From contig WFSJ01000025.1 in assembly GCA_015486055.1 (NCBI GenBank), positions 1,189 through 65,188 of the forward strand: a DNA stretch of 64,000 nucleotides. The letters run 5' to 3'. Source of the stretch: Acidobacteriota bacterium (GTDB taxonomy: Bacteria > Acidobacteriota > Aminicenantia > S016-38). Shown here piece by piece: positions 20,518-29,288 of this stretch. Position 1 is the first letter of the stretch. Every line of letters starts with the position of its first letter. The notes beneath the pieces are model-generated. The model searched no databases. It was given only the letters and a program-made list of their open reading frames with translations, and was not told the DNA's origin. The translations under genes and the position numbers were made by a program.

Positions 20518-21365
20518 TCTAAATTATGAATTTGCTCCCTTATTTCTTCAACAGTCGTTTTTATAGCTATTGCCCTTTTTATAATCTCGGGGTTTGTTGT
20601 CTTTGAATTAAGGGTATTGGCTTCCCTCAATATTTCCTGAGCTACAAAGTCCATTTTCTTTGAACCATCCCCCATTGACTTGTTAAATTCCTCAAGGTGA
20701 AAGCCTATTCTTGAAACCTCTTCAGAAATATCATACCTTAAGGAAAGAATTGCAGCTTCCTGAATTATTCTATTCTCATCAACATCAACGGACATTTCTC
20801 TTATTTTCCTTTCAATCTCCTCCCTCATTCTATCTTTCTCACCTGAGAAGATTTTATCTATCTCCACCTTTTTCTTTGTGATTTTCTTCACCTTTTCTCT
20901 AATGTATTTTCTTATCCTTTCCCCCTCCTTCATTCTGTTCTTTTTAAGTGCTTCAAGAACTTTGGCTAAGGAAGAGAAAATAAATTCCTTTTCCTTATCT
21001 GCAAAGCCATCTTCATTGAAGGAAAGTTCTATTACCCCAGGAATTCTCAATATTGCATCAAGGGAAAGGGGTGCAAAGCCTGAAAAAGTTCTTAGCTCCC
21101 TTAAAATCGCGCTTATAGCTTCTCTGTTTATGTAAACCTTCTGTTTCTCTGGTGATACAAACCTGATCTCTATTGTTATTTCCACTCTTCCCCTTTTGAA
21201 GTAATTCCTTACAATTTTCCTTATGTCTTCTTCAAGGGGCCTTAAGAAAAAGCCTCCTTTGATCACAATATCAAGATATCTGTTATTAAGGCACCTTGCC
21301 GAGATTCTCATATCAAAGGAAGAACTAGAAAAATTTCCCTCTGAATATCCTGTCATTGATTCCAT
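20514..21365 (-). CDS. yloC: YicC/YloC family endoribonuclease
   Basis: 283 aa with MTGY at the N-terminus. Family-typical length and synteny support the call. Confidence 0.75.
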   Translation of the reverse strand: MESMTGYSEGNFSSSSFDMRISARCLNNRYLDIVIKGGFFLRPLEEDIRKIVRNYFKRGRVEITIEIRFVSPEKQKVYINREAISAILRELRTFSGFAPLSLDAILRIPGVIELSFNEDGFADKEKEFIFSSLAKVLEALKKNRMKEGERIRKYIREKVKKITKKKVEIDKIFSGEKDRMREEIERKIREMSVDVDENRIIQEAAILSLRYDISEEVSRIGFHLEEFNKSMGDGSKKMDFVAQEILREANTLNSKTTNPEIIKRAIAIKTTVEEIREQIHNLE

Positions 21366-23132
21366 TTAGACCTCCATTTGTGCTTTGTATAAACGTGAGT
21401 ATTTTCCCTTTCTCTTCAATAGCTCCTCATGGTTTCCTTCTTCTACGATTTTTCCATCCTCTATAACTATTATTTTATTAGCCATCTTAACAGTTGAAAG
21501 CCTGTGAGCTATTATCACAGTTGTTCTTCCTTTGGTTATCTCCTCAAGGGCTTCCTGAATCTTTTTCTCCGATTCTGAATCAAGGGATGACGTGGCCTCA
21601 TCAAATATAAGTATCCTGGGGTTCTTTATTATTGCCCTTGCTATTGAAATCCTCTGCCTCTGTCCCAAGGAAAAGTTTACCCCTTTCTCCGAGAGTCTTG
21701 TATCGTATTTAGAAGGAAGAGAGGATATAAAATCATGGATATGGGCTGCCTTTGTTACAGCTTCAAGTTCTTCATCTTTCACGGAATCCATCCCATAGGC
21801 GATGTTTTTCCTTACTGACTCATTAAACAAAAGGACATCCTGGGTTACCATTCCTATTCTCTTCCTGAGCCATTTCAGGTCATATTCCTCAACTTTTATC
21901 CCATCAATTAATACTTCACCCTTTAAAGGTCTGTAAAAACCGAGAAGAAGATTCACAATGGTAGTTTTACCTGCGCCTGACTCTCCAACTATCGCAAGCT
22001 TTTCTCCTGGTTTTAGACTGAAATTCACACCCCTAAGAACTGATTTACCTGAGTTATAGGAAAATTCCACCTCTCTAAATTCTATTTCACCTTTAAGTTC
22101 AGAGGGCCTGTAATTCCCCCCTATTTTTTTATACCTTTCTCCTAACTGCAAAAATTCATTGAGACTTTCCACAGAAGCGCCCCCTTGATGAAGGAGATTG
22201 TTTGCACTGGAAAGCCTCTTTATAGGCGTATAAAGATAAAATACAGAAGCTATAAAGGTTGTAAACTGTCCCGGTGTCATTGTCCCCTGCCTTATCATCT
22301 TAGCACTTATATAAATAAGGACAGCTGCAATGATTCCTCCTATAAATTCAAGAAATGGGGAGGAAAGAGTCCACACTTTTACGAATTTCATGTTGACATT
22401 GTAGTTTTTCTCGTTCGTCTCAGAAAATCTTTTCTTCTCATATTTTTCTGTACTGAAAGCTCTTACAACTCTTATTCCACTTATAACCTCGGAAATTCTC
22501 CTGGATATTTCTCCTATGGATTCTTGCCTTTTTTCAGTAAGAAACTTTATAACCTTTCCGAAAATTATAATGGGAACCGTAGCTATGGGAATCATAAGAA
22601 GAGCAAGGAGGGAAAACTTCGGGTTATTTGTTATTATAACCACTATTAGGGCAAAAACAGTCAAACTTTCCCTCACCATCTGAACAACCCCATTTGATAC
22701 AGCTCTTTCAAGTATGTCCATTTCGTAAAGAAACCTTGAGGAAATTTTACCGCTGTGAAAACTATCAAAAAACCTGAGGGGGGCTTCTACTATCTTTGAA
22801 AATACTCTATCCCTTAGTTCCTTTATGATCCTCTGAGCAAGAGCTCTGGTAGTGTAATTGGAAAGGAAGGTAAAAATAGCCTTGGAAAGGAAAACCACGA
22901 GAACCAGCAGGGGTATTACAATAGGAGAGGAAAGATCTAAATACTTTGATATGAATTTTCCGAACTGAAATCCCTTTGCATTGGTTTGGGGGGCTACAGA
23001 AAAAAGATTGTCCATTATAGGCTGAAGTATAAGGGCAGCAGCTGCAGTAAAGGCGGCGGCGAAAGCTGAGTAAAGGAGGGCAAGGGCAATTCTTCCCTTA
23101 TATGGTATCAGAATCTTTATCAGTGATTTCAT
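21366..23132 (-). CDS. ABC exporter, fused permease/ATPase (MsbA-like lipid exporter)
   Basis: Six TM helices are followed by Walker A (GESGAGKTT), signature (FSLGQRQR) and Walker B (ILIFDE) motifs. Confidence 0.85.
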   Translation of the reverse strand: MKSLIKILIPYKGRIALALLYSAFAAAFTAAAALILQPIMDNLFSVAPQTNAKGFQFGKFISKYLDLSSPIVIPLLVLVVFLSKAIFTFLSNYTTRALAQRIIKELRDRVFSKIVEAPLRFFDSFHSGKISSRFLYEMDILERAVSNGVVQMVRESLTVFALIVVIITNNPKFSLLALLMIPIATVPIIIFGKVIKFLTEKRQESIGEISRRISEVISGIRVVRAFSTEKYEKKRFSETNEKNYNVNMKFVKVWTLSSPFLEFIGGIIAAVLIYISAKMIRQGTMTPGQFTTFIASVFYLYTPIKRLSSANNLLHQGGASVESLNEFLQLGERYKKIGGNYRPSELKGEIEFREVEFSYNSGKSVLRGVNFSLKPGEKLAIVGESGAGKTTIVNLLLGFYRPLKGEVLIDGIKVEEYDLKWLRKRIGMVTQDVLLFNESVRKNIAYGMDSVKDEELEAVTKAAHIHDFISSLPSKYDTRLSEKGVNFSLGQRQRISIARAIIKNPRILIFDEATSSLDSESEKKIQEALEEITKGRTTVIIAHRLSTVKMANKIIVIEDGKIVEEGNHEELLKRKGKYSRLYKAQMEV

Positions 23133-24084
23133 TTGTAAACTTCAGAGCTTTGAACCCTATTTCTATAGCATTAAGGACAGAGCCCCTTTTTACATTGTCA
23201 AATACTGCCCAGAGCCAGAATTTGCCGTCCTCGCCCTTTTTTATATCTGAGACATGGACGAAGAAACCCTCTTCCTCATAAAATCTTGAGGGAGAAATTT
23301 TTCCTTTTTCAATCATTACATACTGGCTGGAAGAAATGGATTCCTCAAGCTTTTTTATAGATTTAATTCCGTTCAATTTCAAAAATATCAAAGCCGAATA
23401 TCAGTGAAAGATCCCGGACCTCATAATGATGCTGTAAAAGTCAGGTATCCCTGTTGCTTTCCTTATTTCCTTTACAACCTTCAGTTCCTCCTGTATGAAC
23501 CTTCCCTTCCCCTTTCTTCCCCTTTTGGGAAAGAGGTCGAAAGCAAGTATGTCTTTGAGAACTTTTTCTGGAATTTCCTCCATATTCAGGAGATTCACTG
23601 CTTGGGAAAAAAGCTCATCCATTCCGCCTTCACCGCTCTCTGATACAGGCTCAATAAGGGCAGAAAAACCGTAATCAATATATTTTGAAACGGGATAAAT
23701 AACATGGGAAATTCCTATGGAACCCGGAAGAGGATTTTCAAATTTTCCTCCTTTTATTTCCCTATCGTTTAGTCCGCTCACAATAGTCGGAAGTTCTTCC
23801 CTTGTTCCCGAAAGGTCTACTGAAATCCTCGATGAGTTAAATATTTCGTCCTCAACTGGAACAGTAAAAAATGCCAAATCAAGCGTCGGCATCTCATCCT
23901 TGGTGGGATTCAGAACAACCTTGGCCTCATCTCTGAAAGAGTCGAAAAGAGCATATTTTCCTATTCCCGGTTCATAAAGATAAAAATCATCAAATTCAAC
24001 TTTTATCTTTTCAAGAGTTTCCTTAAGAGTTTTGCCCCTGAGGTTTTTAACCCCGATTATGGCAGCTTTAAACTTCCTGTTCAT
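23098..24084 (-). pseudogene. aspartate-semialdehyde dehydrogenase-like gene interrupted by a single in-frame TGA (codon 23401-23403); the catalytic Cys motif is not conserved
   Basis: ORF 23401-24084 aligns with the Asd NAD-binding and central domains. ORF 23098-23391 aligns with the Asd C-terminus (LWAVFDNVKRGSVLNAIEI vs LWVVSDNLLKGAAWNSVQI). Both are in the same frame, separated only by TGA plus 3 codons. ENPLPGSIG replaces the active-site ANPNCSTI. Confidence 0.5.
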
Positions 24085-24841
24085 TTTCCTCTGCAGTTCT
24101 AAATCTATCCTTCAAAAAACTCACTAAAGAAAAAATAGGGCCTGATATTGCATATCCGTATGCCAGAAAAAGTAAGGTCTTGGTTGGCCAAGCAGCCAAT
24201 GCAGAAAGAGCTATGGAAAAAAAGAAAAGTGTTAGATAATGTCTTTTGGATTTCAGATTTACATCCTTGAAGCTCCTGTACTTCATTTTAGATATCATAA
24301 GAAAAGAGAGGAAAAAGACGATGGCACCCAATATAATTGGAAACAACCTGCTTTCGGGAGGATGTTCAAAGAACAAAACAGTTGACACAAGAACTACACT
24401 CGCAGATGGAATGGGCAGCCCAACAAAGTGTTTTTTTGAAGATATCCCCTTCGAGGTAATAACATTGTATCTTGCCAGTCTAATGGCTCCTCCCGCAATA
24501 AAAAGGAAAGAAACGAAAAATCCGAGCTTTGGGAAATTCTTGAGTGCCCATAGATAAATTAGGAGCGAAGGGGCAACTCCAAAGGAAACTATATCAGCAA
24601 GAGAGTCTAATTCCCTTCCCAATGGAGATGTACTCCTTAATGCCCTTGCCGTTCTACCATCCATCAAATCCATAAATGTAGCTAAAATTATAAAGAGAGA
24701 GGAAATATCAAATCTTCCCTTTACTGCAAAATTCATGGAAACAAAGCCAAAATAAAGATTCAGCATCGTCAAAACAGAGGGAATAAAAAACACAAGGTTC
24801 AAATTTCTTACTCTTCTTGTCCTCCCTGTTCCTTTTTTCAT
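24068..24841 (-). CDS. pssA: CDP-diacylglycerol-serine O-phosphatidyltransferase (CDP-alcohol phosphatidyltransferase family)
   Basis: DLMDGRTARALRSTSPLGRELDSLADIVSFGVAP is the CDP-OH phosphatidyltransferase signature. Confidence 0.85.
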   Translation of the reverse strand: MKKGTGRTRRVRNLNLVFFIPSVLTMLNLYFGFVSMNFAVKGRFDISSLFIILATFMDLMDGRTARALRSTSPLGRELDSLADIVSFGVAPSLLIYLWALKNFPKLGFFVSFLFIAGGAIRLARYNVITSKGISSKKHFVGLPIPSASVVLVSTVLFFEHPPESRLFPIILGAIVFFLSFLMISKMKYRSFKDVNLKSKRHYLTLFFFSIALSALAAWPTKTLLFLAYGYAISGPIFSLVSFLKDRFRTAEENEQEV

Positions 24842-25458
24842 ATCTTCCTCCTTCCAAGAATGCTCTCGCCGGCCTTTATTTTATCTCCTTCCTTTACTTC
24901 TATCTCAAAGTCAGGGGAAAAATAAAGATCAACCCTTGAACCAAACATAATTATCCCTATTCTTTCCCCCTTTTTCAAGGAATCTCCCGGGGAAATATAT
25001 GTCTTTATCCTTCGGGCTAATATTCCAGCTATCATCTCAACTATAAACCTTTCCCCTTTAGATTCTAATTCAATTATCGCTTTTTCATTTTCCACTGATT
25101 CCCTCTTATATGCAGGTATGTGGCCTCCGCCCCTCCTCTTCAAGGAAATTACTTTCCCATCCACTGGCGATCTATTAACATGAACATCAAGAGGTGACAT
25201 AAAAATGCTCACCCTTCTGAATGATCCTTTCTTTTCCGGATAGCCCATTTTCTCTATACTCATAATTTTCCCATCGGCAGGGGAAACGATGATCCCATCT
25301 TCCCCCGGTGTATTCCTTTCAGGATCCCTGAAAAAAAACAGCATGAGGAAAATTAGCAGGACAAAAATACAGGCCAAACACGAAAGGGAAGCGAGAAAAA
25401 ATATAAGAGAAACAGCAAAAAGGGGTATAACAAAATAAAGAGATTCCTTAGCGATCAT
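24838..25458 (-). CDS. psd: phosphatidylserine decarboxylase (short archaeal-type proenzyme)
   Basis: Contains FFRDPER and SPADG motifs. It overlaps pssA by 4 nt. Confidence 0.8.
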   Translation of the reverse strand: MIAKESLYFVIPLFAVSLIFFLASLSCLACIFVLLIFLMLFFFRDPERNTPGEDGIIVSPADGKIMSIEKMGYPEKKGSFRRVSIFMSPLDVHVNRSPVDGKVISLKRRGGGHIPAYKRESVENEKAIIELESKGERFIVEMIAGILARRIKTYISPGDSLKKGERIGIIMFGSRVDLYFSPDFEIEVKEGDKIKAGESILGRRKI

Positions 25459-25678
25459 TTCCTTTCTCCATTTCTTTTACCAGGATCTCGTGCATCCTGT
25501 CTTTTACTCTAAGCTTGAGCTTTTTAAGCTTTTTCACTTCTGTTTTCTCATCAGAGGTAAGAGCAATTCTTGAAAGAAGCTTTTCAATCCTTCTTTCATA
25601 TTCTTGATGTTGCTGATAAAGTTCCCTAAATTCATCGTTTTCCCTCGCAAGTATTTCTTTAAGCTCTTCTTCCTTCAT
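25448..25678 (-). CDS. DUF465 (YdcH-like) small coiled-coil protein
   Basis: 76 aa. The pattern EYERRIEKL...EVKKLKKLKLRVKDRM is typical of DUF465. Confidence 0.6.
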   Translation of the reverse strand: MKEEELKEILARENDEFRELYQQHQEYERRIEKLLSRIALTSDEKTEVKKLKKLKLRVKDRMHEILVKEMEKGNDR

Positions 25679-25706
25679 TTTACCTCCTAATTCATAGTAT
25701 ATATCA

Positions 25707-26309
25707 TTAAATCCTTTCTATCCTGCTCTTAAAAAATTTCGTTTCCCTCTCAGGATCATCCGAAAGAAAGATTGCAGAGGATATAGCTATTATATCAGGT
25801 CTAAGAGCCAGGACTTCGTCTATATTTTCCCTGTTTATCCCCCCAATTACGCAAATATCTATTTTTAATTCTCTTTTTGCTCTTGTTAAAGTATCAGGGG
25901 TCAATCTCACTGCTTCTGGCTTTGTGCTCGTCGGAAAGATCGAACCGAAGGCCACATAAGTTGCCCCTACTCTCTCAGCTTTTCTCCCTCTTTCAATATC
26001 ATTGTAACAGGACACGCCTAAGACCTTATCCCTAAGAATCTTCTTAGCTGAGACGGGTCCCATGTCATCCTTACCTATGTGCGCTCCATCTGCTCCAAGT
26101 TCCACAGCAAGGCGGGGAAAATCGTTGATTATAAGCTTAAAATCATATTTATCCTTCAATTTTAGGATTCCCTCTGCAATTTTTCTTGCCTCCTCTTTTT
26201 CTTTGACCCTGAGTTGAATCCAGTCAATACCACCTTGGGCCGTTTTCTTCACCCTCTCAAGGAACTCCGCTCTTCCTAAATTCCCGGTTGCAATCAGATA
26301 AAGTTTCAC
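25707..26309 (-). CDS. thiE: thiamine-phosphate synthase
   Basis: 200 aa TIM-barrel with typical ThiE blocks (LYLIAT, IQLRVKE, GADGAHIG). Confidence 0.85.
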   Translation of the reverse strand: MKLYLIATGNLGRAEFLERVKKTAQGGIDWIQLRVKEKEEARKIAEGILKLKDKYDFKLIINDFPRLAVELGADGAHIGKDDMGPVSAKKILRDKVLGVSCYNDIERGRKAERVGATYVAFGSIFPTSTKPEAVRLTPDTLTRAKRELKIDICVIGGINRENIDEVLALRPDIIAISSAIFLSDDPERETKFFKSRIERI

Positions 26310-26692
26310 TTTATATCCAGTGTCAATTCTGAGAAAAATTCCCTTGTAAATTCGTAAAATTCTTCCCAGTATTTCCTAACTATACATTCGTTAAAAGTAG
26401 GACATTCTGCTGGCACAGGTCCCATACATGGCACAGGACTTAGCCCTTCATCTACCGCTTCCATTATACTGAGCCAATTTATCTTCTCTTTTTCCCTTGC
26501 AAGAACATACCCTCCCCCTGCTCCTCTTTTTCCTTTAACTAAATCTGCCTTTTTCAATTTAAGGAAAACCTGTTCAAGAAATCTTTCTGGGATCTTTTCC
26601 TCTACAGATATCTTCCTTAAAGGAACTGGGACTTTCCTTGAAAGATGGAGCATCGCTCTTATAGCATATCTTGAATATGTTGTAAACTTCAC
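26306..26692 (-). CDS. Rrf2 family transcriptional regulator with a 3-Cys cluster
   Basis: The N-terminal winged-HTH (YAIRAMLHLS) and the C...C.....C cluster (PVPCMGPVPAECPTFNEC) are Rrf2 features. It overlaps thiE by 4 nt. Confidence 0.8.
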   Translation of the reverse strand: MKFTTYSRYAIRAMLHLSRKVPVPLRKISVEEKIPERFLEQVFLKLKKADLVKGKRGAGGGYVLAREKEKINWLSIMEAVDEGLSPVPCMGPVPAECPTFNECIVRKYWEEFYEFTREFFSELTLDIK

Positions 26693-26738
26693 ATTCCTAT
26701 TATAACAAATTGGCTAAGAAATATGGGGAAATAAAAAA

Positions 26739-26812
26739 CGCCCCCGACGGGACTTGAACCCGTGCTGCCGCCTTGAAAGGGCGGTGTCCTCACCTGGCTA
26801 GACTACAGGGGC
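26739..26812 (-). tRNA. tRNA-Glu (anticodon UUC)
   Basis: Hand-folded cloverleaf: acceptor GCCCCTG/CGGGGGC, anticodon stem CCGCC/GGCGG with loop CTTTCAA, T-arm ACGGG-TTCAAGT-CCCGT. CCA is not encoded. Confidence 0.85.
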
Positions 26813-26815
26813 GAA

Positions 26816-26888
26816 TGAGCCGTACAGGAATTGAACCTGCGACTCCCGGCTTAAAAGGCCGGTGCTCTACCTACTGAGCTAACGGCTC
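26816..26888 (-). tRNA. tRNA-Lys (anticodon UUU)
   Basis: Hand-folded cloverleaf: acceptor GAGCCGT/ACGGCTC, D-arm GCTC-AGTAGGTA-GAGC, anticodon stem CCGGC/GCCGG with loop CTTTTAA. It sits 3 nt from tRNA-Glu. Confidence 0.85.
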
Positions 26889-26915
26889 AAGAAAAGAAAT
26901 TTTACCAAAAATTCT

Positions 26916-27605
26916 TTACTTGGTTAACTCCTCAATATTCTTAACTACCCATCTTCCTCTTATAGGGGTGGTAACTCCTTCCTTTGTAAGTTCATATCTC
27001 ACAAGATAAAACTTGAATTTCTTTGTTTTCCCCTGGGAATCTGTTCCTTCAATTACAATCTCCTCTGAGTAAACTTTCCCAGCAAGCTTTTCAATCTCAG
27101 AAATGTCCCCCACAGAAAGGGCCATAAGCTTTTTCTCATTACCAAACTCCATCTGGGCATTGTTATAATCTTCCTTTGCTTTAAGGAATTGAGCCTTAAG
27201 ATCATCAGCTTTCGTCTTCAGCTCCTCGTATTTCTTTTTCTTTGCTCTTTTCCTGGCCCTTGACCATTTCTCGTATTTCTTGTTGAAATCGTCAAAATCA
27301 AGCTTGGCAAGTGCAGCCTTTTCCTGAATGTCTTCCATATTCTTCTTGGCTTCATTCATCTTTTTCTGAAGATCTGCAATTGTGGTCTTACCTTCCGCAG
27401 GTTGAGTTGTGGAGATTACCTTCCATCTTGCAAGGTCAACCTTAACAGGGACAAGGGAAATTTTAACGATGCTGTCCTTATCACCTATTCTCACAGCCTG
27501 GATGTAACGGCTTATAAGAGTCTTTTCGGGGGAACCACACCCAACTAATACAATGGAAGAAATCACCATAAGCCCTCCAATTGCCAAAACCATTAATTTC
27601 TTCAT
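26916..27605 (-). CDS. lipoprotein (signal peptide with LVGC lipobox), K/E-rich, unknown function
   Basis: MKKLMVLAIGGLMVISSIVLVGCGS is a lipoprotein signal peptide. The central region is a coiled coil. Confidence 0.5.
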   Translation of the reverse strand: MKKLMVLAIGGLMVISSIVLVGCGSPEKTLISRYIQAVRIGDKDSIVKISLVPVKVDLARWKVISTTQPAEGKTTIADLQKKMNEAKKNMEDIQEKAALAKLDFDDFNKKYEKWSRARKRAKKKKYEELKTKADDLKAQFLKAKEDYNNAQMEFGNEKKLMALSVGDISEIEKLAGKVYSEEIVIEGTDSQGKTKKFKFYLVRYELTKEGVTTPIRGRWVVKNIEELTK

Positions 27606-27606
27606 T

Positions 27607-29016
27607 TTACGCCTCCTTTATTAATTTGTTTTCAAAATCTATCTTCTTTTCAAGCATTTCAGAAAAACTTAAAAGTCTATCTTCATTATACCACTTTGAA
27701 AGAATCTGGAAACCTATGGGAAGACCTTTTTTTGAGAGAGAAAAAGGTATGGAAATAGCTGGTAGACCTGATAAGTTAGCGAAAATGGTGAATCTATCTT
27801 CAAGGTACATTGAAATTGGGTTCTGTCTCTCGCCTATTTTGAAAGCAACATCAGGAGTCGTGGGAAGGGTCAGAAATTCCCCTTCTTTGAAAATCTCGTT
27901 CATCTTATCTCTTAGAAATTCTCTATAAGAAATCCCTTTCCCGTAGTAATCATCGTAATAACCACTTGAAAGAACAAATGTTCCAAGAAGAATTCTCCTT
28001 TTAACTTCCTCCCCAAATCCTTTTGTCCTCGTTCTGAAATACATATCCTTTAGTTTATTTGCTTCTGCCTTCAACCCATATCTTACTCCATCATATCTTG
28101 CAAGATTAGAACTCGCCTCTGCATTGGCAACTATATAATATGCTTCAATTGCATGTGTCATGAAAGAGAGATCCACAGGTTTCCCTTTACCCCCCATAGA
28201 TATAAGAAGCTTTACAAAGGAAGAAAACTTCTCTTTTACTTCCTTAGAGGCTCCTTTCAAAAATTCACCCTCTGGGTATATAAAGGTGAAGGGCTTTTCT
28301 ATATGCTTGAAGATCTCACCATAAGAAGGAACAGGCAAGGAAGAAGTTGTCGAGTCCCTTGGGTCATCCCCTGAAATAATTGAAAAAACATAACCCACAT
28401 CTCTAACAGAATTTGCAATAATCCCTATTTGATCCAGAGATGACGCAAAGGCAACAAGTCCGTATCTCGAAATTCTTCCATAGGTGGGTTTAAATCCGAC
28501 TACTCCACAAAAAGAAGCGGGCTGTCTTACCGAACCTCCAGTATCGGAGCCAAGGGCAAATTTAACCATCCCTGAAGCAACAGCAGCCGCAGAACCACCA
28601 CTTGACCCTCCAGGAACTCTTTCTATGTCCCATGGATTCCTTGTGGGGCCAAAAGCTGAGTATTCTGTAGAAGAACCCATGGCAAATTCATCAAGATTTG
28701 TCTTCCCTGAAAGCGAAAATCCAGCTTCCTTCAACCTTTTCCAAGCAGTTGCCGAATACGGGGCAATATAGTTTTCAAGAATCTTTGACCCACAGGTGGT
28801 TGGGAAACCTTTAATAATTATGTTATCTTTCACCCCAACGGGGATTCCATTTCCCTCATTTAAATATTTTACCTTTGTGATGAAAGCATTTACCCCGGGT
28901 TCAAGCTCTTCTCTTCTCCTCGCAAAGAAATTCCATACTTCTTTCGGACTTACTCTTTTTTCCCTCTCAAGCTTGAGGATTTCCTCTATGGAAATTCTGG
29001 AAAAATTCATATTCAC
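27607..29016 (-). CDS. gatA: Asp-tRNA(Asn)/Glu-tRNA(Gln) amidotransferase subunit A
   Basis: The amidase signature GGSSGGSAAAVA and catalytic Ser-cisSer-Lys context are present. Confidence 0.9.
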   Translation of the reverse strand: MNMNFSRISIEEILKLEREKRVSPKEVWNFFARRREELEPGVNAFITKVKYLNEGNGIPVGVKDNIIIKGFPTTCGSKILENYIAPYSATAWKRLKEAGFSLSGKTNLDEFAMGSSTEYSAFGPTRNPWDIERVPGGSSGGSAAAVASGMVKFALGSDTGGSVRQPASFCGVVGFKPTYGRISRYGLVAFASSLDQIGIIANSVRDVGYVFSIISGDDPRDSTTSSLPVPSYGEIFKHIEKPFTFIYPEGEFLKGASKEVKEKFSSFVKLLISMGGKGKPVDLSFMTHAIEAYYIVANAEASSNLARYDGVRYGLKAEANKLKDMYFRTRTKGFGEEVKRRILLGTFVLSSGYYDDYYGKGISYREFLRDKMNEIFKEGEFLTLPTTPDVAFKIGERQNPISMYLEDRFTIFANLSGLPAISIPFSLSKKGLPIGFQILSKWYNEDRLLSFSEMLEKKIDFENKLIKEA

Positions 29017-29288
29017 AATACCTTCGGGACTTTGAAATAACGATTCGCTAAAGAGGGACCAAGATTCAGAAGATCTTCTTTCCCGTCAAACTCTTCAGGT
29101 TTATCATTCCTTCTTTTTAACTCTATAGAGGGAAGGTAAAAATGCTCAATTTCAGGGAGCGGGATAGTTATAAGGCCGCTCACCCACTTGAGGATATTCT
29201 CAATATCAGAGAGAAGTTTTCCTTTCCCTTCCTCGGATATGTTAGAGAGATGGAAGAAATAAGAAAGTTCATCCTTCCTCATTTCCAA
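29013..29288 (-). CDS. gatC: Asp-tRNA(Asn)/Glu-tRNA(Gln) amidotransferase subunit C
   Basis: 91 aa, overlapping gatA by 4 nt. Contains the GatC-like LSDIENILKWVSGL segment. Confidence 0.75.
   Translation of the reverse strand: MEMRKDELSYFFHLSNISEEGKGKLLSDIENILKWVSGLITIPLPEIEHFYLPSIELKRRNDKPEEFDGKEDLLNLGPSLANRYFKVPKVL

Noticed and set aside
23340-23400. Looked for a bacterial SECIS stem-loop 3' of the in-frame TGA in the asd-like gene
   Set aside because: Manual folding of the 60 nt downstream gave no stable hairpin with the expected geometry, so selenocysteine is not claimed. A pseudogene or sequencing error remains the default.
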